A stretch of DNA of 64,000 bases from Octopus vulgaris (Eukaryota): NCBI GenBank assembly GCA_951406725.2, contig OX597825.1, positions 8,556,001-8,620,000 on the forward strand, given 5' to 3'. Positions 55,618 through 64,000 of this stretch are shown piece by piece (position 1 is the stretch's first letter; each line of letters begins with the position of its first letter). Under the pieces are notes generated by a model. The model was given only the letters and a program-made list of their open reading frames with translations, had not been told where the DNA came from and searched no databases. The translations under genes were made by a program, and so were the position numbers.

Positions 55618-56198
55618 CAGTAGTTTTATTTTTATTTTTATAGCGTGCTTTCACTTCACTACCGAGCGCAGCTCTGTGTGCCTTGGGTATGTGCTGTGAT
55701 TTGTTGTGATGCTCTGATGGTTATTGTATGGAAAGTGTTCTGCGTAGGATGTGTGCAGTGCCTAGTAGTGCAATTTTCTGTATGTTATATGTGTTTGTAA
55801 GTCCTGGTGTTTTTGTTATGTATTTGTCTGAATATTTTTCTATCATGCCTAATGCACCTACTATGATAGGAATTGTTTCTGTTTTCAGATTCCACATTCT
55901 AGTTACCTCTATTTCCAGGTCTTTGTATTTTGAGAGTTTCTCCATTTCTTTTAGAGACACGTTGTCATCTGCCGGTACTGATACATCAATTAGAAAGCAT
56001 TTTTTTTCTTCATGGTCTCTGACAACTATATCTGGTCTGTTGGCCTTATTTTCTCTATCTGTGTGTATCGGCATATCCCAGAGTATGGTTGCTTTCTCGT
56101 TTTCTGTGACCTTTTCTGGTGTGTGCCTATACCATCTTTTTTCTGTTGTTATTCCATAATGTTGGCATAGCTTCCAATGTATGTAAGTTCCAACTCTG

Positions 56199-56201
<3 letters not shown>
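55618..56201 (-). mobile_element. 5'-truncated R4/Dong-like LINE (open endonuclease frame + 3' UTR) inserted in (AAT)n
   Basis: DRVGTYIHWKLC..ILWDMPIHTD..NRPDIVVRD..LIDVSVP..KLSKYKDLEIE..IPIIVGALG..GTAHILRR*; stop codon at 55721. Confidence 0.92.
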
Positions 56202-56229
<28 letters not shown>

Positions 56230-56327
56230 CATTATTATTATTATTACTATTCAGGTCACTGCCTGGAATCGAACTCGGCATCTTGGGGTTAGTAGTCCGT
56301 ATATTAACTACTACGCCATATACCTGT

Positions 56328-56665
<338 letters not shown>

Positions 56666-57255
56666 CTCCTGAAAATTTACAAATGGTTTGTATCAGACGA
56701 AATCCTGCCTGTATATGAATATATCTACATGACGTATATTTCTTTTAGTGATATTTTAGGAACAAACTATTTTGATATTTATTGATTCTGTCCAGTAATG
56801 ATACTTATCAACAAATCAGAAGCTATTATCTTTTTTAAATGTCACCAATCAGGCCGTACGGGCGTCATTAACCGAAGAGAAATAGTTATCGGTTATGAGA
56901 AGTATAAATATTTATAGCGAAATGTTTTCAACACAATTTTTGACATTTTTTCCTTACGCATTTAATATTGTAGAATACACTTATTAAAGCTGTTTAAACG
57001 CTTAACGCACTGAATGATATTATTCTGTATCAAGTTTATATTTGAACATTGTGAAAGAATTTAGATATTCAGAGAGAGAATAATTAGTATTATTTCTCTG
57101 TGCTACAACATCTGTGCTAGGATTATAATGAGGCTACTTAAATGCAAATAATTGTATGGATGCGTTCTGTATTGTAAAACATTAATGATGCCCAAATAAC
57201 TTTATAAGTAACCTCAGTTGACGACTACTTTCGCTTTCATTATTAATGACTTAAA

Positions 57256-57445
57256 AGGCTGTGAGCTGGCAGAGTTAGAACGCCAACAGAAATACTGAGC
57301 GACATTGTTCTGAATTTAGAATCCACCGAGTGGTGTTTTGTCTTTCACCGTTTCGGATTGAAGAAATAAATACTAGTTGAGCAGTGGGGTTGATGACTTC
57401 GATTCACAATCCCTCAAAATTTCACTTATGACAATAAGAATAATT
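57256..57445 (+). mobile_element. Degraded Nin-domain SINE
   Basis: AGGC.GTGAGCTGGCAGA.TTAG..TTTG.CTTTCA.C.TTTCGG..AGTTGAGCA.TGGGGTTGATG. Confidence 0.65.
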
Positions 57446-57944
57446 ATGCCTAACATATTTCATTTGGTTAATTGCGATAGCTGCTGATACAAGAACCGTA
57501 GAAAATGCAATTGTCGAAATCATTACATTCCAGTTTAAATGCCACGTCAATAAGGACAATGCTTATGCATATGAACTGAATGTCTATTTAAAATTCTATA
57601 GCTTTAGTTATATTTGGCGTGCTTCCATATATAGTTTATAAATATTTGTATATTATATATCATGTTCTGCTAAAATACTTCCGATAACATTTAAAATATA
57701 TTCAACATGCAGCGGTTTCTTTATATTATATTTACTTCTTGAGTGGTTTCAATGACAGAATTGTTAAAGTTTTAAAAAATTATGTATTGTGGCAATTGTT
57801 CTACTTCTCAAAATTATAACCTAAAAATACACTGCGATTACTTTGTCTTCCATCTTCGTGGTGTCGTTAAAAATATTCTAATCCTGATGAAACAGTGGAC
57901 TGGAATTACTCTGATATATGTCAGCAGGTAAATAAGTAGGATAT

Positions 57945-57993
57945 TGCCTTCATGACGGTACTGATTTCTCATGTGCCAAAACAGTTGTCTGCA
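57945..57993 (+). ncRNA. Highly degenerate hammerhead-like remnant
   Basis: TTCATGA-C-GGTAC..GTGCC-AAAA-CAGTTG-TC; three core mismatches. Confidence 0.3.
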
Positions 57994-58718
57994 TTCCTTT
58001 AGATAAACAAATTAGGACAAATGGTCAACCGATTTATACATTTCAAATGAATTCCACTAATAAGATTTCGAAAGCATTGTGGTCGAAATTAAAAGGAAAG
58101 AATATGGAAATAAAGTTGTTCGTTTATAAGATTTTGAATGTATATGTAAAAACAAAGAGCATTACTGACTAATGTTATGCTTATGCCGACGAAATTGTGT
58201 GTTAATGAAATACAAATTACCTAAATTTAATTTTCGTTTGCTGTTTTATCCACTGGCATCACAACTATCTCAATGATATATATTGTCGTTCATATTAACA
58301 AAAGCAAGAGCAGTGAACCAGTAAAGTGGATGTGTATAAAGTTATGTTGGGGCCAGGGATTTCAAGTACGAACGAAAATATGAAAACAATAAAATGTATT
58401 TGCCAAAGAATCTACTCTGAAGTGAACTGTATATTGTCGTCTTAATGTACATTACCATAGACTGAAGTGAAGTATTTCAGGTATAGATCTATAGTTTCAT
58501 GACATATGCAGATTGAAGGCTGAAAACATATCACTTTGCCAGGGATGAATGACTTCTACATCGATTACACGAGGAACGAATATGGAGATAGCATAAAAGT
58601 TTACGATCCAACATTTTCAAATCTCAACACATATGTTCCTAATACATATCATATGTCATTAAAAGATTACATATATCTAGATATATATATCTATCTAAGC
58701 ATATCTATATCTATCTAA

Positions 58719-58758
<40 letters not shown>

Positions 58759-60750
58759 TGAAACATTACTTTACGTGGTTATTGAAGCGACATAGTCGTA
58801 TTATATTCCTCTTTTATGCGCAATATGAAAGCTAGAGATATTTTTGTAGCATAAAAATAGTAAAAGAATCTGCACTCTTGTTCTACTCTGATCTTAATTT
58901 TGAAAATATCTACGCCTAAAAAATAACAATCATGATATAAAGCGTAAGAAAAGCGTTGCATATATTTCTATTAATAGGGTATCAATATGATATATGGCGT
59001 ATTTAAATTAGTTTTTAACATCGCCTATTTGATTATTTCTCATCTACGAAAACGCGTAAGTATATTACGGACGTCAGAGACCGGAAAAAATCGAGATATA
59101 TGTGTTATATTTGCATAAAGGACAGGCCTTATTAATTTCAGAAATTTTAATAATATTTTCCAACAGAATATTGATTTTGCCTAATATTTAATGCACAGGG
59201 ACTGAATTGTTCGAAGACAATTATGTATAATGAATTCATAAAAATACATAAGAAAAATAATGAAAATAAGGAAGATTATAGCAAAAATACAAATATCAAT
59301 ATTTTATCAAATAACCTCGTTGGAAAATTGCAGATTTCATACTGGATAGAAATGAACCAAAATAAAGATTGCTAGGCAGAAATGTGCATATCCATATTCG
59401 ATGAAAACATGCTACTGAATCGGGTATTTTTCATTATAGATCAGCTGCCGTCATAGGACATGCGAAGTTATTAAATCCTAGACGTTGCCTCTCTGTTCCA
59501 AAATAATTAGAATTCAAGAAAAAGAAAATAAATGAATTACGAAGACATGAAAGATATTTATCTAATTTTGCACGCACATGAATAAAACACCAGCGGTATG
59601 TAATTAAACTCTAAAATGGCGTCTGTTTGCACTTAATTTTACCTTCTATATAGAAAAGTTATATACGCTGCCTTTGCCGAGAATTATTTATATACTTTTT
59701 TATCATTTATATTTTGATATTTATGTTGATTTATATATTAGTTATTTCTATATAAAACAAGCTTTAGGACTAAATTAGAAGTTTCGCTTCACATCTTATA
59801 CGAAGTAAAAAACATATTTTTCTCGTTCAAATAATATCATGTTTTTAGTAGGGGTTATATTTCCTTTGTACGTTTGAGAAATAGATAAAATAGATAAAAG
59901 GAGGTGTAGTAGTTAAAATTGTCATATAATACCCTGGAATTTACAAATCCTTTGATCGAATACTTTCCATGATTTTTAAATTGAAAATGATAATTTTAAT
60001 CATTTAAGAGGCGGCTGGTGTCATATAAACTTATTTGCGAATGGTCTCTTTTATTTGATGTGACCAAAGCAGCCACATATCGGTTTATGTCTTGAAATCG
60101 CTCGGAAAATACAGTGCATATAAAACTTCACTGACAATGTTAAATATGTGTGAACGAGGTGTATGTCACGACACTTTAAATCAGTTAGCGTGACGTATAG
60201 ACATAAAATGCGACGACCATCATTACATCAAATATTTACCTAGTAAATGTAGGAAGTAGAAAACTAAATATAATTTCAATATATGTAGCCATATAGATTA
60301 TGCGAATATATGCTACACATTGCTCTATTTACTGCCTGTTAACGACATCGGGGTTATATACATAGAGGTGGCCACCACACGCGCCTTGTTTATTTATAAC
60401 ATATAAGAATATAGAAAATACAAGAATCATGTAAAGTAAGCGGACTAAAACATAATGAAGTGCACTTTTTAGTATGGCCTCTTTCACTTTCACTTCTAAT
60501 ACATAAACAGAGTAAAGTATTTGTGTTCAAGTGAATTAATTAAAGTAGGAATCACATTTTCGCTGAACTCATAGCGTAGAAACTACACATACTTAAATGA
60601 AATTCATTTTATTTCAGCATTTAAGGTCCATGGAATATATTGATAATTCTCTCCTAATTTAAATGACTTCGTTAAAAATATGTGTGCATATGTATACATT
60701 GACATACTTCGATACATATATGTATGCATGTATATATATATATATATATA

Positions 60751-60806
<56 letters not shown>

Positions 60807-60821
60807 TACATACATATATGT

Positions 60822-60884
<63 letters not shown>

Positions 60885-61624
60885 GTGTATATATGTATAT
60901 ATTTATACATATGTGTGTGTGTATGTATATAGGCGCAGGAGTGACTTATTTATTTTTGCTGGTGATCATGACGATTTGTATTCTTAAGTAAAATTTTGAA
61001 ACGATAATAGGAAACAGCTCTTCATCAATCAGGAGGGGTTTTGACGCTAGCAGATCTAGTATCTCCTTGACTTTGATTATGCTGATCTTGCCCTGATTTG
61101 CTTCAATGATGTGTTGCAGAAAAACTCATTAACCTCATTTAAAAATTGTGTAAATTAGTTCATATTCTCATTTGCAATGCAAAGAAGAAAAACAGCGCAT
61201 ATGACTATAAATGTCAATGATAGTAAATTAATTAAACGCACGACTCAATGAGGTCATCGACTTCACGTGCCTTGGAGCCAATGCTTTCAGAATTAGAACG
61301 AATTCCAGACACACACGAAAGAAACTGGAATGCCAGTAACATGTTTCATAAACATTAACAGCCAGGTATTTCTAAGGGAAAAGTTTGCTCTTTTTCCATG
61401 CTTGTATATAAAGAAGAATTTTCTAAATAAAGCCTAAACAGGCATATAAATAAGCAGCATTAAAATCGTTTCAGCGTTACGTACACCAGTTATTTACGAG
61501 CATATGAAAAAAAAAACATCGCATGTCGTAAACGTCAGACCAAAGAAGAATTTTATGAATATAGTCCAGTGTTATCACAAAGCATGATTTCATGACCATT
61601 GCTGTCGTGCTGAACCCCAGGTCA

Positions 61625-61660
61625 TTACGATGATGCGTTTCGAAGAATTCCAGATCGTAA
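61625..61660 (-). ncRNA. Hammerhead-like remnant with a core deletion
   Basis: TTACGAT-CTG-GAATTCTTC-GAAA-CGCA-TC-ATCGTAA; perfect 7-bp stem I, ANGA missing. Confidence 0.3.
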
Positions 61661-61774
61661 GAAAAAAACGATATCATGAGACAAAAGCATAAAATTGTGA
61701 ACGTACAAAAACAAATGTGGGATAGATTCGTGTTGCAACATGGGGAAACGACCACCTCGGTTGTAACCAATTAC

Positions 61775-61805
<31 letters not shown>

Positions 61806-64000
61806 TGTGTGTGTGTACATATATGAATGTGTGTATACGTGTATGCGTATTTGAAACAGAAACATATGAACTGGTAGATACGCTCAATTTTAGATTCAGC
61901 ACTAGGAGAGTTGTGCAAAACCATTCTGTTATGTAAGACATTACTTTATTATGTACTACACTTCTGTTCAGTACAAATGTTCACATTTGTTTCTGTAGTA
62001 AGTTTTTCAGCGATTTCTGGAATTTCTTGGTGTGTAAACATGTCCCTATATGCATTGAAATATACATTTTTAATCAATGCGCCATACATAAGTATATGCA
62101 TACATATATATACACACACGCATGCACACAGACACATACACACAGCCAAGTACAAATATATGTATGCGTATGTGTATTTTTGTTTATTTATATGTATGTG
62201 TATGTATTTTACATGTATACACATATATGTGCATGGATTCATGTATATTTGTTCACTTATGTATGTCCATGTGTGTGTAGTCTTTTTTATTAAATATACA
62301 TACTTTAATACAATTTCACAGCATAACAAGCTATTCATCGTTTTTATACTTATATAGACTTGGAGCAGTAAGAATTTCGGATTACATTTAACAACGAATT
62401 TTTCCCAAAACAAATAATTTTTTGACATCGGTAAATTTCTTCGTAACCAACGCTTTTCGACATGTATGTTTATTTTACGATATCCCACAACATCCTCTCT
62501 CCTGCATCCTCCCTTCACAATCTGATTTCACTTTACAACTGTTTTGAAATGCCATTTCTAACTAATTTTCATTGTTTTTGTTCTTCGATAAAAGCTAAAA
62601 TTAATTTATAAGCACACCTCCTGTGCCCCATTGATTTAAAAACATTCAGTAAATGATACAGTTTGCAGTCCATACATGCTAGCATGAAATCTAACTTTCT
62701 CCCCCTTCCTTTCATTTTTCATTCATTTTCGTGTTTTCTTCTTTCGCCTCCTATTTTTTGGTTCTTTTTCCCTTATTTCTTCTTTCATTGCCATTCGATC
62801 TTTTCCAACGGCTTTTCTTCCACTAAATGTTATTGCTACATTGTTTCCCTTTCATTCATTATACTACACAATCAAGGCCTAAGAATTTCAAATTGTTGAG
62901 CTTTCATTTTTATATTTTGCCAACGCTGTGTCTTATGGCGACGAAACCTGTTTTTGAAAATCCTTGATAACGCAGGAGCACATTAACATATCAACACCTC
63001 ATACAATAAGAATCAATATCAATTTTTTTACCCTTTATTCCCAAAAGAAAGCTGTTGTACGAGTGCAAAGACACGATAACCAAGTTCCACTCAATTAATT
63101 GGTTCAAATGACTGAAAGTTGAAAATTTAACGAAACACTTAGGAAACATGGACATCAGCTAGGTTTGAAATATCGTTAAGTTGTAGTAAAATTCAGGACG
63201 TGCTACACATCTGCTTTTCATTTAAAGGATATCAGAACAGTGATGCATGAGCTAGAGGGATACGATAAGTTGCTAGATCACATATATAGCAGATAAATAT
63301 GGGACCGTAATGAACAAATCAACAACCAGTCGTAAAAAAATGTATTTGATACATGGGGAGGAGATGCTTAATTTACAAATAGGTTTAGGTGTAGGTTTGA
63401 ATAGCTTTAAGCAGGAGAAAATACCCGATATGATGAGACTCAAAATAACACAGAATTGCGATCGTAGGATTGACGCAGCATCTGACTCTGGAGAAGATGC
63501 AACTGTGGAGAATTGCAGATTATTAGTGAGATATCCCGTATATCACCCATTATAGGCGTTTCCCTCAGCGAAAACAGTATCTAAATACGTATCAAAACAA
63601 TTGTTTCTACATATATTCGTCATAAGATGCAAATATATATACATAAATATATATTAAATATATATACATTAATATATATTAAATATATATACATTAATAT
63701 ATATTAAATATATATACATATATGCCTTAATATATATCATATGTTAATATATGTTAATATATGTTAACAAATATTTACATACATATATACGTATGAATGC
63801 GTGTATATATTTAGGTGAGTCTATATTAATATAACAATGTATTGACGTGTGTGCATGTATCATGTTTCACTTATGTTTTCATATCTCTATTCTATGAAAG
63901 TCAACACTACTAGATACTCTGTGTTCGTTTGCCTAATCACTAATAACGCCTCACTTCGGCAAACAGTAGACTAATAGTATAAATTCTTTGGACTTTACTG

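Larger units (their letters stand above)
55413..56325 (-). mobile_element. tRNA-headed SINE-like unit ending in a hammerhead (left copy, interrupted by a LINE)
   Basis: Head 56250-56325 (box A TGGCGTAGTAG, box B GTTCGATTCC), (AAT)n, TTAGGAATGAGAACCC, hammerhead, AT-rich tail. Confidence 0.85.

Noticed and set aside
63310-63555. 81-aa ORF, and similar short ORFs at 21204, 24291 and 44424
   Set aside because: No recognisable motifs or exon structure; lengths are compatible with chance.
63630-63780. AT-only short tandem repeats
   Set aside because: Ordinary slippage-derived minisatellite.

Overview
AT-rich, microsatellite-dense animal (non-prokaryotic) DNA. The SINE set and repeat landscape suggest an octopod cephalopod; this is inference. 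I find no confidently supported host exon, and nearly all listed ORFs are microsatellite artefacts. The window is a transposon graveyard: tRNA-derived SINEs (CORE-like and Nin-domain types), mariner/Tc1/rosa-type remnants, Helitrons, R4/Dong-like LINE ends sitting in (TAA)n, RTE, CR1-like and Penelope-like fragments. Two things stand out. (1) Several unrelated short elements carry minimal type I hammerhead-ribozyme motifs, often in inverted-repeat arrangements. The best example is a head-to-head pair of tRNA-headed SINE-like units, each ending in a hammerhead with an intact core (55.4-56.7 kb): a candidate Pol III SINE/retrozyme hybrid mobilised by Penelope-like elements. (2) A decayed parvovirus-NS1-like (HUH + SF3 helicase) remnant lies directly upstream of a Helitron PIF1 helicase fragment (15.4-16.3 kb). 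All alignments, folds and translations were done by eye, and boundaries of degraded elements are approximate.
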